DNA of 63,182 nucleotides, filler included, from Octopus bimaculoides (GCF_001194135.2; 5 parts of 5 records of this genome joined end to end with filler, not necessarily neighbours in it), one strand, 5' to 3'. Numbered from the whole stretch's first letter, positions 38,704-49,805 are shown. Numbers and translations are program-made. Notes: generated from the letters alone by a model not told the origin.

Positions 38704-39060
38704 TGTGGCTGTGTGGTAAGAAGCTTTCTGCCCAACCACATGGTTCCGGGTTCAGTCCCACTGCAAGTATCTTCTACTATAGCCTCGGGCCGACCAAAGC
38801 CTTCTGAGTGGATTTAGTAGACGGAAACTGAAAGAAGCCCGTCATGTGTGTGTGTGTGTGTGTGTGTCCCACCACCGCTTGACAACGGTGTAGTTTTGTT
38901 TACGACCTGTAACTTAGCGGTTCGGTAAAAACGACCGGTAGAATAAGTAGAAAGCTTTTAAAAATTAAAAACTGGGGTCGATACACTCAACTAAAATTCT
39001 TTAAGACAGTGCCCCAGAATGGCCGCAGTCTAATGACTAGAACAAGTAAAAGATAAAAGA
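38704..39060 (+). mobile_element. tRNA-derived SINE family A
   Basis: Same head, body and tail as 38374-38665; tandem neighbour. Confidence 0.85.
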
Positions 39061-39069
39061 TATATATAG

Positions 39070-39320
39070 GATTACTTACGTTATTTACATTAGGCGGATA
39101 TTTGTCCTCATCTTGTTTGTTGTTAACACAACGTTTCGGTTGATATACCCTCCAGCCTTCATCTAGTGCCTTGGGGAAATTTCGAACCTCGGTTCTCATT
39201 CCTAAGGTATTTTTCGATGTTATTATTATTATCATCATTCAGGTCACGGCCTGGAATCGAACTCGGAATCTTGGGGTTAGTAGCCTGCGCTCTTAACCAC
39301 TACGCCATATGCTCGTGGGC
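39070..39320 (-). mobile_element. tRNA-headed SINE carrying a degenerate hammerhead motif
   Basis: Minus strand: TGGCGTAGTGG (A box)...GAGTTCGATTCC (B box), then a TAA-rich stretch, then GCAC-TAGATGA-AGGCTG-GAGGGTATAT-CAACC-GAAA-CGTT-GTGT. Confidence 0.7.
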
Positions 39321-40361
39321 ATATATATATATAGAACTATATATAGAGTTATTAGCAATATGAATTGATGTATTTCTATTTCTTATTAAGACTTTGACAT
39401 TTCATAATCGTTTATATCCAGTTTAGATTTATTGGAAGTGTGGTGGCGTTCATGCGTTTCCTACTGTAATTAACACCCCGGTCAGGAAGAAAGGAGGTCT
39501 TCAACAGATTGGAACTGATTTTGNNNNNNNNNNNNNNNNNNNNNNNNNNNNNNNNNNNNNNNNNNNNNNNNNNNNNNNNNNNNNNNNNNNNNNNNNNNNN
39601 NNNNNNNNNNNNNNNNNNNNNNNNNNNNNNNNNNNNNNNNNNNNNNNNNNNNNNNNNNNNNNNNNNNNNNNNNNNNNNNNNNNNNNNNNNNNNNNNNNNN
39701 NNNNNNNNNNNNNNNNNNNNNNNNNNNNNNNNNNNNNNNNNNNNNNNNNNNNNNNNNNNNNNNNNNNNNNNNNNNNNNNNNNNNNNNNNNNNNNNNNNNN
39801 NNNNNNNNNNNNNNNNNNNNNNNNNNNNNNNNNNNNNNNNNNNNNNNNNNNNNNNNNNNNNNNNNNNNNNNNNNNNNNNNNNNNNNNNNNNNNNNNNNNN
39901 NNNNNNNNNNNNNNNNNNNNNNNNNNNNNNNNNNNNNNNNNNNNNNNNNNNNNNNNNNNNNNNNNNNNNNNNNNNNNNNNNNNNNNNNNNNNNNNNNNNN
40001 NNNNNNNNNNNNNNNNNNNNNNNNNNNNNNNNNNNNNNNNNNNNNNNNNNNNNNNNNNNNNNNNNNNNNNNNNNNNNNNNNNNNNNNNNNNNNNNNNNNN
40101 NNNNNNNNNNNNNNNNNNNNNNNNNNNNNNNNNNNNNNNNNNNNNNNNNNNNNNNNNNNNNNNNNNNNNNNNNNNNNNNNNNNNNNNNNNNNNNNNNNNN
40201 NNNNNNNNNNNNNNNNNNNNNNAAAACTTCCATGTTTCCCAAAGTTCCCCAACAGCACACGTGATATCCCCCTCCCCAGCCCATCCAGAAAATTCAGTGA
40301 CTTTGAAAACTATATATTTCGAACGGAAATTTGGCAGCGCCACCTCTAGCCGAACAATTAT

Positions 40362-40406
40362 TCTGTGCTGATGAAGGGAAATAACCCGGAAATCGCGATA
40401 CACAGA
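40362..40406 (+). ncRNA. Type-I hammerhead ribozyme (minimal, palindromic helix III)
   Basis: TCTGTG-CTGATGA-A-GGG-AAATAA-CCC-G-GAAA-TCGCGA-TA-CACAGA: helix I 6 bp, helix II 3 bp with an A/G mismatch at its base, helix III ATCGCGAT, AUA triplet; predicted cut after 40400. Confidence 0.72.
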
Positions 40407-40689
40407 TATTGTTTTGAGCTGAGTGGGGGTGCCAGATTCCCTTGTTCGAAAATATAAGGACACAAATCGTGTCGTATAGCCAGCTGGAGACGATGTCTCC
40501 TGGGGCTAAATTGCAGCAACATTCGTCCTAAACCAGGACTGCCATATTATGTTGGCAAACAATCTTTACTACATTATTTACTATGTACTTTTGCAGTTTT
40601 GGCTATCTTTTCTAATGAATTGTTGTGCACCTGAGCACAGTATACAATATTCTTGAAGTACTTCTAGGATACACTCAAAGCCTCGCAGA

Positions 40690-41470
40690 AGGGCTTTGAG
40701 ATCAACCTGATGACAGTTAGGACAGATCAACAAAAGGACCGTTTCTTTAAGGCCCTCTTGTTTGACTGCATTGGAAACAGATGACAGTGACCTTTGAATC
40801 ACAGCATGTGGCTTTTTTAAACAAATTGGGAAACCTCAGGATGACCAGTCTGGTATATATGGTGGCTGTTGGTATCATTCATAGAATGAAGAAAAATCAA
40901 GGTTATCGAAGGAGGTTCCGTGATGCTAATAATCTAGTATTTTGCCAGGAAAACAAGCAGATCGCTTAACTGCCTTGCCCCCACCAACACACACAAGCAC
41001 ACACATACACATTTATTATCTATGGTCTCCTTTGCTTCCTATTTCACTCTAATCAAATATATTATTAGAGATTGTATGAAAGTAGTGTTTGAATATTTTC
41101 TGTATTGTTGACATATAACCACTTGAATAGAATAAGGCATTTGGACCCAGGTTGAGAGCCAGTGGCACACAGAGTGACCAGCAGTTGAAATTGGTAATTA
41201 TGTGGTCAGAGCATCCATGAAAGATATGAAGACAGGGAAAGCAGCTGGACCATTGAGGTCAGTCCCTGTGATGCTGAAAATATCTGGCTAAATAGGGCCA
41301 TATATGTTAGTCACTCATATAGTCATTCGGGTGATACAGGAAGGGGTCATTCTGAAAAGCCGAACAGGTTGTGTCACCATCAGCTGCCACAAGGACAGGG
41401 AAAATGTTCTAGAATGAAGGAACTACACTAGCACCAGACTGATAGATCAAGATGTGAAACAAACCGAAAC
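40690..41470 (+). mobile_element. Old RTE LINE remnant (endonuclease and RT start)
   Basis: TDQQKDRFF, GIYGGCWYHS*NEEKSRL, RDANNLVFC; then MKDMKTGKAAGP...MLKISG...IQEGVI...RNYTSTRLIDQDVK, collinear with the RTE pieces at 16060-17719. Confidence 0.65.
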
Positions 41471-41562
41471 AGTTTTATCATGATTAATTAGGAAGTTAAT
41501 TAGCTTTAAGTAAGATGTTCATACAAGTATGAAACAAAACAGAATGATAATTATTCATTCAG

Positions 41563-41771
41563 CCATTTAGTATTTAAACTGGTTAAATCCATTGCAAATA
41601 CTCCACCTGTTTTATGCTCAAACTGGCCAGATTTGGCTTCTCACGCCTCCCCTGTATTGTCATTGTAAGAATAAACAATCACATCATTAAAATCTGAAGC
41701 CTGTGAAATATGATGAGCTCAAAGGAATGAATAAGCATTCGATTTGATAGAGTAATTTGAATACTAAAGGG
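41563..41771. mobile_element. piggyBac-like MITE
   Basis: Ends CCATTTAGTATT / AATACTAAAGGG followed by TTAA; left end degenerate. Confidence 0.45.
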
Positions 41772-42044
41772 TTAACACCTGTTTTTCCATGCTAGTTGGG
41801 TTGTTGATGGGACATATTTGTGGCCAGAGTTTACAGCTAGGTGTTCTTCCTGTCACTAACCCTTAACGGTTTATCAGGTAAGGGATTTTTTTGTTTTGCT
41901 TTGTTTTGTATTCCACGGGGTATTGAAAGTGTGGAGTAACCGGGTAGAATGTCAAAAGGAAATGCCAACATCATAACAACATTCCACTCAAGCAAAGCCA
42001 TGGAATATCATTATTCAAACACACATCAACATCAACATTAACAT

Positions 42045-42210
42045 CATTTTCCCCATCATGTTTTCCATGCTGGCATGGGTTAGACGTTTGACAGGACCTG
42101 GGGAGTTGCAGGGCTGCATCAGGATCCAGTGTCAACTTTCACAAGGTTTCTACAGCTGGATGACCTTCCTAATGTCAACCACTTGACAGAGTGCACTGGC
42201 TGCTTTTGTT
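42045..42210 (-). mobile_element. RTE LINE 3' UTR fragment, diverged
   Basis: TTCCATGCTGGCATGGGTT...TTCTACAGCTGGATGACCTTCCTAATG. Confidence 0.65.
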
Positions 42211-42441
42211 ATGCTACCAAGTATCTAGTAAGGTGACTGAGTAAGTTGTTAGGCAACAAAAAGAACAGGGCTAATGGTCAATTTATACCTGGTGTTGAGA
42301 GGTAAAAGTATGATAGACATGCACAGGTGTCTCACTTTGGAGGAGATAAAGGACAACCTCACGTTATATAAGTAGGTGGGTAAAAGATTATGATGGTGGT
42401 GATGGGATGCCAGACCAAACTCCAAGGTACAAGAAAGGGAG

Positions 42442-42520
<79 letters not shown>

Positions 42521-42651
42521 CTAGAGATGTATATGTGCCCATACACACACACACACACATATGTGCAAATATATATAGACGTGTGTATATACATGCACAT
42601 GTATATATATATACATACATACATATACACAGACACACACACACACACACA

Positions 42652-42780
42652 TGATGGGCTTCCTGTAGTATCCGTCTACTCACAGGGCGTTGGTAATCTG
42701 GAGCAATAATAGAAAACACTTGACCAAGGTGCTTCACAGAAGAATCAGACTCACAACCATGGGGTTATGAAGCGAAACCT
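42652..42780 (-). mobile_element. SINE family A, degenerate 5' part
   Basis: Diverged match (CCGTCTAC, CACTTGACCAAGGTG, AACCATG). Confidence 0.45.
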
Positions 42781-43044
42781 TTCCATTCATCCATACATCC
42801 ACCCGTCTATATGTGTGCGTGCATCTATGTATGTGTATGTGTGTGTGTGTGACATTGTCTTTGGACTGAGTTCTTTCGTTCTTGCCCCACCACCACCACC
42901 ACCACCACCACCGCCACCGCCAAGAGGATTCCTTCACATTTAGTTCACTCTGAAAGATATAAAGACTTCCTTCAAAGGTAAAAAGCAAAAGACCTTGCAA
43001 GCGAAGGTTGTGAAATTCCTCACACAGCCTAACATAAACAAACA

Positions 43045-43096
<52 letters not shown>

Positions 43097-43198
43097 GCTA
43101 TATATCACATTGGCTTTTAGCTTTATGAAATCTGAAAGTAGGTAGCTATATACATACATGACTTATGTGGTTGTTCTATTAATATACAGTTATATGCA

Positions 43199-43239
<41 letters not shown>

Positions 43240-43630
43240 GTGACACAGGAGAACAATGAAGGAACTCACAGAAAACAGGAAAACCATACAAAGGATGTGA
43301 ATAAGCTCAATGCTCATCATTTACACACACACACAAAGATACACACACCAAACATTGTCTTTGTGTGTGTGTGTGTTTGGGTGGATGCATTTGTGTTTTT
43401 TCTTTCTTGGCTAAACAATTGGTGTCAGTTAGTTAACATTCCTGTAACTTAGCAGTTCAGCAAAGATATTGATAGAATAAGATAGATAGAGGGATAGACA
43501 TCAGGAAATAATTCATGAGATATGAACACATCTGGGAGTGTTGTGTGCAGTAAGACAAGCTTGTAACTGAGCAGGTGATGCACCTTGCATTATTCTTACC
43601 CTAAAAAAAAATCAAGAGCTAAATGCTAGG

Positions 43631-43685
<55 letters not shown>

Positions 43686-43926
43686 CAACACATGCAAGCA
43701 TAAAGAAGCGAATGTTAAAATGAGGAGGATGTATATTTATTTACACACACACACACACACATACATATATATGTACACACACACTCACATTGCATTGCTA
43801 GATACAAATATATACAGACATACTTATTCATACCTATCAAATGAAATATGAACTATAAGTGTATGTGTGTGTCTGCATGTGTGTACATATACACACAGAG
43901 ACATGCATATATATATATATATATAT

Positions 43927-44363
43927 CGAGACCTTTGGAAATGTGCTGTGCGTGAGAAGACCCGGCAAGCCAAGTAAGATCGTTGCCAGTGCCCCTGGAC
44001 TGGCTCTTGTGCGGGTGGCACATGAGATGCACCATTTTGAGTGTGGCCGTTGCCAGTACCGCCTGACTGGCTCCCGTAGGATTTTCGAGTGAGATCGTTG
44101 CCAGTGCCCCTGGACTGGCTTGTGCGGGTGGCACATAAAAGACACCATTTCGAGCGTGGCCGTTTTCGTGCGGGTGACACGTAAAAGCACCCACTACACT
44201 CTCTGAGTGGTTGGCGTTAGGAAGGGCATCCAGCTGTAGAAACTCTGCCAAATTAGATTGGAGCCTGGTGTTGCCATCCGGTTTCACCAGTCCTCAGTCA
44301 AATCGTCCAACCCATGCTAGCATGGAAAGCGGACGTTAAACGATGATGATGATGATGATGATG
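43927..44363 (+). mobile_element. RTE LINE 3' end (ORF C-terminus, 3' UTR, (GAT)n tail), 5'-truncated
   Basis: Begins with in-frame RDLWKCAVREKTRQAK*; UTR with duplicated GATCGTTGCCAGTGCCCCTGGACTGGC modules; TTAGGAAGGGCATCCAGCTGTAG; ends GGAAAGCGGACGTTAAAC(GAT)n. Confidence 0.8.
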
Positions 44364-44366
44364 ATA

Positions 44367-44510
44367 TATCTGTAAAAATATGTGACACTTATTTGGTAGA
44401 CATGAATGGCCAGATAACTGAAGAGATGACGGCATGGGTTCCCACCCCGACATCTGAAACTTGGAGTTTTATCATGGCTACCGAATAAGTGTCACATATT
44501 TTTACAGATA
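44367..44510. mobile_element. Short element with ~38-bp terminal inverted repeats (MITE-like)
   Basis: TATCTGTAAAAATATGTGACACTTATTTGGTAGACATGA ... TCATGGCTACCGAATAAGTGTCACATATTTTTACAGATA. Confidence 0.7.
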
Positions 44511-45654
44511 AATTCCTCTATTTACATAATATTGAGGTCACTTTCTTTCTTTTGTTGTCCTTTCTATCAATATATATATATATATATATATATATACCGG
44601 AGTAAGCACATGAAATGTGCAACAAAGTGGAAAAAAGAGTACTCAAATACCAGAGGTAGAGTAATATATATATATATGTGTGTATGTGTGTATATATATA
44701 TATAAAATTAATAGTGACAGGATCAGTATTAATATCACAAGATAATCTTTGTCTCCCACATAATGTTGTGGGTGTGTTAGAACACAGAATATTTCATTAT
44801 TTACGCTGAGAGGACATCTCACATGGGCTCATGGTTCATAAACGCACTCTTTTTCATATCATTGACAGATGAGAACCATCTATTACAGCCACCAAAGCTG
44901 CCAGATCCTGTGATTTTCCCCTGCTGTGGGTTCCTCAGTGACAGGTGTCCAGCAGCACAATAACAACTGAATCTTCCATTGACAATCTATTGAACCTCAG
45001 TGTCTAGACAGTCACAGGTGTCATTGAATAGATTCTAAGATTCTATGTATTGTTGATGGGAGATTCAGTTATTATGAATGCCTTCTGTGATAAAATATAA
45101 CACCTGTCGATTAACCTTCCCTCACTTTAGTTTTTGGTGGAGGCTAGTGGCATTGTGCTTAAGCACAAAGGAGTCTTGTGTTAATCAGTGTTAATGTCAA
45201 GCCAGTGATAGAACCTTGGTAAAATCACACACCCCGCTAGAAACAACAGTCAAATCTCTTTTGCACTACACTCCATGTGGCTTAAAAAACAGAAGGGCAC
45301 AGTAGGTAATACAGTCCTAGATGTACCACTCCACCCCTCTCACTTACACTCTAGAGAATAATACTAATAATAATAATAATAATAATAATAACAACAAAGA
45401 AGATGGTCATGGTTGTTGGATCGGCAGAAATGTTAAAGCATCAGACAAGATGTCTTTGTTGTTACAATAATTTATCTTAGCTATTTTTACTGCATTTAAA
45501 TCCCCACCATGACAACCACCACTGGTTCTGCTTTTCTTTCCTTTTTCTTCTTTTTTTTTTTGCTGGCTCAAAATCTTCAAACTCTTATAGAAAAAAGAAA
45601 AAGGAAGAAAAAAATTCTTCTTCTTCTTCTTCTTCTCCAAGCCTTATAGATAAC

Positions 45655-45790
45655 CAAGTGAGGAAGAAGCTTGATTCTTGTCCCCATGGTTTTGGCACCT
45701 TGGGGCAAGAGTCTTCTACTATGGGCCCCAGGCTGATCAATGTCTTGTGAGTAGATTTGGTGGATAGAAACTGTGGGGAAACCCATCAGC
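45655..45790 (+). mobile_element. SINE family A, degenerate 5' part
   Basis: GGCACCTTGGGGCAAGAGTCTTCTACTAT...TTGTGAGTAGATTTGG. Confidence 0.55.
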
Positions 45791-45854
45791 TGAATTGTTA
45801 ATACCTCAGGCTATACACATACATACAATTACACACACGTACACACATATATAT

Positions 45855-46042
45855 AAGGCCTGAAATTTTGGGGGAGGAGGTAAGTAGATAACATCGACTC
45901 CAGTGGTTCAATTGGTATTTAATTTATCGACCCCCAAAAGGATGACAGGCCAAGTTGACCTCGGCGGAATTTGAACTCAGAACACAAAGACAGATGAAAT
46001 ACTGCTAAGCATTTTGCCCTGCATACTAATGGTTCTGCCAGC
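45855..46042 (-). mobile_element. SINE family D
   Basis: TTTATCGACCCC..GGATGA..GACCTCGGCGGAATTTGAACTCAGAAC..TTCTGCCAGC. Confidence 0.75.
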
Positions 46043-46044
46043 AT

Positions 46045-46350
46045 GTCAAGATCATCATCAACATTGTCATCATCATCATCATCGTCATTATCATCATTAT
46101 CATCATCAACATCATTGTCATTATCATCATCAAGATCATGATCATTATTGTCATCGTCATCATCATCATCATGTCTGTTCTCCATGCTGGCATGGGTTGG
46201 ACAGTTTGACAAGAGCTTGTAAGCCAAAAGAGCTGCACCAGGCTCCAATCGTCTATTTAGGCATGGTTTCTATGGCTGGATGCCCTTCCTAATGCCAACC
46301 ACTCTCCAAAGTGTACTGGGTAGTTTTTATGTGACACCAGCACAAGAGCC
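46045..46350 (-). mobile_element. RTE LINE 3' UTR fragment with expanded (GAT)n-type tail
   Basis: CAT-rich tract 46045-46172, then TCCATGCTGGCATGGGTTGGAC...GGATGCCCTTCCTAATGCCAACCACTC. Confidence 0.75.
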
Positions 46351-46998
46351 CTTTTAGGTGGTGCCATCACAAAAGCTTTTTATGTGGTGCCAACAGAGAC
46401 ACCATTTACGTGGAATCAGCACTTGATTGTGTAATGCTTTATGTTTCCTATATTCTGCCTGGATGGTCATTCTGCAGACTATATATTATAGTGTGTGTAT
46501 GTGTGAAGGCACAAAGCTAAGTGGTTATGGTATTTGCCTCACAATTGTAAGGCTGTGAGTTGATCACATTTTCATAATTAAATATCATAAACTTATAAAA
46601 AAATCAAAATGCTGGAATATTTTCTGTACCATAGAAATATAACTTACTGCACATAAATTCTAACAACAAAATCTCATCTGGTCCCTTAAAGGATCATAGG
46701 GAGCCTGGTTGAGAAGCACCGGTGTAGAGCATCATTTTATTGGGTGGTTATTGTATAAAGAATTTACTGTGTGCAGAGAGTGTACTGTTTCTTTGGTGCA
46801 ATTGAATTAAAGAATGTCTTGAGTTGGAGGTGGGCTGTGCCTCACAGGGTTATCTGTTGGAGAATGTGTGTTATGCTGTGAGCGTCTATGTCTTTGTTAA
46901 TCTTTATTTTTTGGTTTTATCATTTTATCATACCAAGTATTCCGATTAAGACTGATACTGTTTTTTTTTTCCTTCTTTTTTTTTTGTTTAAAGCAGCA

Positions 46999-47205
46999 AG
47001 CTAGCAGAACCATTCTGGTGCTGGGCGAAATATGCTTCGTGCCATTTTGTCTGTCTTTTACATTCTCAGTTCAAATTCTGCCAAGGTTGCCTCTCATCAT
47101 TTCAGTGGTGATAAAATAAGTACCAGTTGAGGACTGAGGTCAACATAACTGACTCACCCTAGCTGCCCTGAAATTTCTGGCCTTGTGCCAAAATTTGAAA
47201 CCAGC
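46999..47205 (+). mobile_element. SINE family D
   Basis: AAGCTAGCAGAACC...TTCTCAGTTCAAATTCTGCC...GATAAAATAAGTACCAG...GGCCTTGTGCC. Confidence 0.7.
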
Positions 47206-47600
47206 ACTGGTTCTGTTTCTTTTATTTTTATGCTCCAAATCCTGTCTGATTCAGTTTTCTGATCCTTGTATTTTGGTAGTTTTTCCCACACTTTCAAGCA
47301 ATCTTTTAGTCCAAAGAGACGTTTTTCTTTTGTGAGAATTCTTACAATTTTGTTCAAGTGTTTGGTAAGAATATCTGGATGCTTTACTTTGATCTTCTTG
47401 TCTGTCTGTCTGTCTGGACAGGTTTATCCCAGATTATTAGAGCCAGACTGATTAACTGAACCTGCCTGAGGTGCTTGTAAAGTAACCCAACTGTTCTGCA
47501 TACACTAATGCAGTGTTCAAACATTGCTAATTTGAGGGGTTATGTCAAACAGCCCTTCTCATATGTAGGGTGGATCTGGCTGTTGGCCAATTCCATTGTG
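47206..47600 (-). mobile_element. Old R4/Dong-like RLE LINE remnant
   Basis: IIWDKPVQTDR, KIKVKHPDIL, EKLPKYKDQKTESDRIWSIK align with the WD.P..TDR.I..N.PDI and EKLSKYKDLEIEVTRMW motifs of the family at 6445. Confidence 0.6.
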
Positions 47601-48007
47601 AAGATTGCCTTGCCATCTTTCTTTTGCTGTGAAAGGCCAACATTTTTCCGTTGTCTGGTAAAAGGTTGTATGGTGGACTCAGATCAAACAATTTAACTTT
47701 TTCAAATTCTGTCTGACAAAGAAGCTAAGGGCACAAAGAGAAATGCAGCCATCCAGTAAATTCATCTGAAGGCCAGAGAAAGTATTGTCGTTGGTTGAGT
47801 GAATGGGGCAGCTGGGGAATCATGAGATGGCACCAATCCTTGGTAATCAGAGTAAACCTGGATCTGTAAGCTTGCTTCATTCGTTGAGACATGACTATAT
47901 TTTGTATATCAAGTGTCTCATCACTTTACGTTTTATTTGATTTTATTGTAATTCCTCATTTATTGTAATTGCTTCTTTCATCTCTTCTCATCTATCACTT
48001 CTGTGGC

Positions 48008-48039
<32 letters not shown>

Positions 48040-48351
48040 AAAGACCTGGAAATAGAGATAACTCGAATGTGGAATCTAAAAACAGAAACAATTCCTATCA
48101 TAGTAGGTGCCTTAGGTATAATAAAAAAATATTCAGACAAATACATAACAAAAATAGCAGGACTTACAAATATATATAACATACAGAAAATTGCACTACT
48201 GGGTACTGCACACATCCTACGCAAAACACTTTCAATACAGTAAACATAAGAGCACCACAGCAAACCACAGCACATACCCAAGGCGCACAGAGCTGCGCTC
48301 GGTAGTGAAGTGAAAGCACGTTATAAAAATAAAACTACTGAATAATAATAA
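48008..48351 (+). mobile_element. R4/Dong-like LINE 3' end, 5'-truncated, between (AAT)n runs
   Basis: (AAT)n at 48008-48038, then YKDLEIEITRMWNLKTETIPIIVGALG...TLSIQ*, UTR and (AAT)n; about 7 substitutions from the 6445 copy over ~300 bp. Confidence 0.88.
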
Positions 48352-49089
48352 NNNNNNNNNNNNNNNNNNNNNNNNNNNNNNNNNNNNNNNNNNNNNNNNN
48401 NNNNNNNNNNNNNNNNNNNNNNNNNNNNNNNNNNNNNNNNNNNNNNNNNNNNNNNNNNNNNNNNNNNNNNNNNNNNNNNNNNNNNNNNNNNNNNNNNNNN
48501 NNNNNNNNNNNNNNNNNNNNNNNNNNNNNNNNNNNNNNNNNNNNNNNNNNNNNNNNNNNNNNNNNNNNNNNNNNNNNNNNNNNNNNNNNNNNNNNNNNNN
48601 NNNNNNNNNNNNNNNNNNNNNNNNNNNNNNNNNNNNNNNNNNNNNNNNNNNNNNNNNNNNNNNNNNNNNNNNNNNNNNNNNNNNNNNNNNNNNNNNNNNN
48701 NNNNNNNNNNNNNNNNNNNNNNNNNNNNNNNNNNNNNNNNNNNNNNNNNNNNNNNNNNNNNNNNNNNNNNNNNNNNNNNNNNNNNAAAATGTGTCACAAT
48801 TGCCCTGGGGTTTTAAAACGTTTTCCAATTAGTTATAGAAGCGACTGGAATATTAAAAAATAAATGAAGTTGAATTAATATTGATATCAACATTATTCCT
48901 TCCAGTCATTGTCAATTATCAGTGAACCTATCAGAAAATATTCTTTATTTTTTACAGCCATTTTTTTTTTCACAATCCCTTCATTATGCTCACTGTAAAA
49001 CGAGCCTTTTTTTTCCTTCTTTTTCTTTTTTTTTTTTTTCTGAATTAAGCAATGTTCTGTTTTACTTTTGGCTAAGTATCCACCTGTTG

Positions 49090-49400
49090 CCAGCTCTGAG
49101 CAAGGCTGTCCTTTCAAATGCCTCCACTAAATTTATGACAAACATTTGTCACTTTGTTTTGCAATTCATTCTATTGTCTTTCTTAATTAGAAGAGTGGGA
49201 TCCTCAAATCCTAATTTTTCATCTCCTTATGACTCACTCAAACACAAACCCTTATATATTGAAAGTAAAAATGAAAAGAGGACTCAGCTGTATCCCTTCT
49301 CTGATACTGTAATATATCTCTGGCCAAGACCCCATAACTTGTCAGTCACCCAGGTGCATTATGGAGAACACCCTTCTCTTATTTTCCCCTTCTTGTAATT
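49090..49400 (-). mobile_element. Possible very old LINE RT remnant
   Basis: KTK*QMFVINLVEAFERT resembles the K.LY.AFVDLEKAFDRV motif; heavily decayed. Confidence 0.25.
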
Positions 49401-49599
49401 TGAGGGTAAGTCCTGACACATCATCACAACAATCTTCTTCCTTTTCCAACTGGGGTAACCATGTGTCTCCTCTACGACAAGACACCTGTTTCTGTCCCTC
49501 TATCATACTTTAGCCCTTCACCACCTGGCATAAGGCCATCTCCTTCAATACTCTCCATCCCTCAGTTTAAGGGGTCTTGTCTTGTGAATTTAATGATAA

Positions 49600-49805
49600 C
49601 CTCACTGGTGTTGATACCATGTGAAATGCACCCAGTACTCTCTGTAAAGTGTCTGGTGTTAGGAAGGGCACCCAACCACAGAAACCATGGCAAAGTAAAC
49701 ATTGAAGCTTGGTGAAGTCTTCTGACTCATCAGCTCCTAGTGAATCATCCAACCCATGCCAGCATGGAAAACAGATGTTAAATGATGATGGTGATGATGA
49801 TGATG
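49600..49805 (+). mobile_element. RTE LINE 3' UTR fragment
   Basis: GTTAGGAAGGGCACCC...CAACCCATGCCAGCATGGAAAACAGATGTTAAA(TGA)n. Confidence 0.72.

Noticed and set aside
39242-39307. tRNA gene on the minus strand
   Set aside because: No proper acceptor stem pairing; it continues into a repeat body, so it is a SINE head.
39412-40463. 250-320 aa ORFs spanning the gap (likewise at 7637-8455, 48232-48828, 61794-62660)
   Set aside because: Made almost entirely of X from N runs.
44270-44305. CTGAGGA-CTGGT-GAAA-CCGG hammerhead-like string on the minus strand of the RTE UTR
   Set aside because: No helix II or helix I pairing, antisense to the element, and GAAA is absent in other copies (GAACCAG).
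44905-44942. CTGAGGA-ACCC..GGG-GAAA motif on the minus strand
   Set aside because: No helix I complement and no palindromic or paired helix III; chance match.
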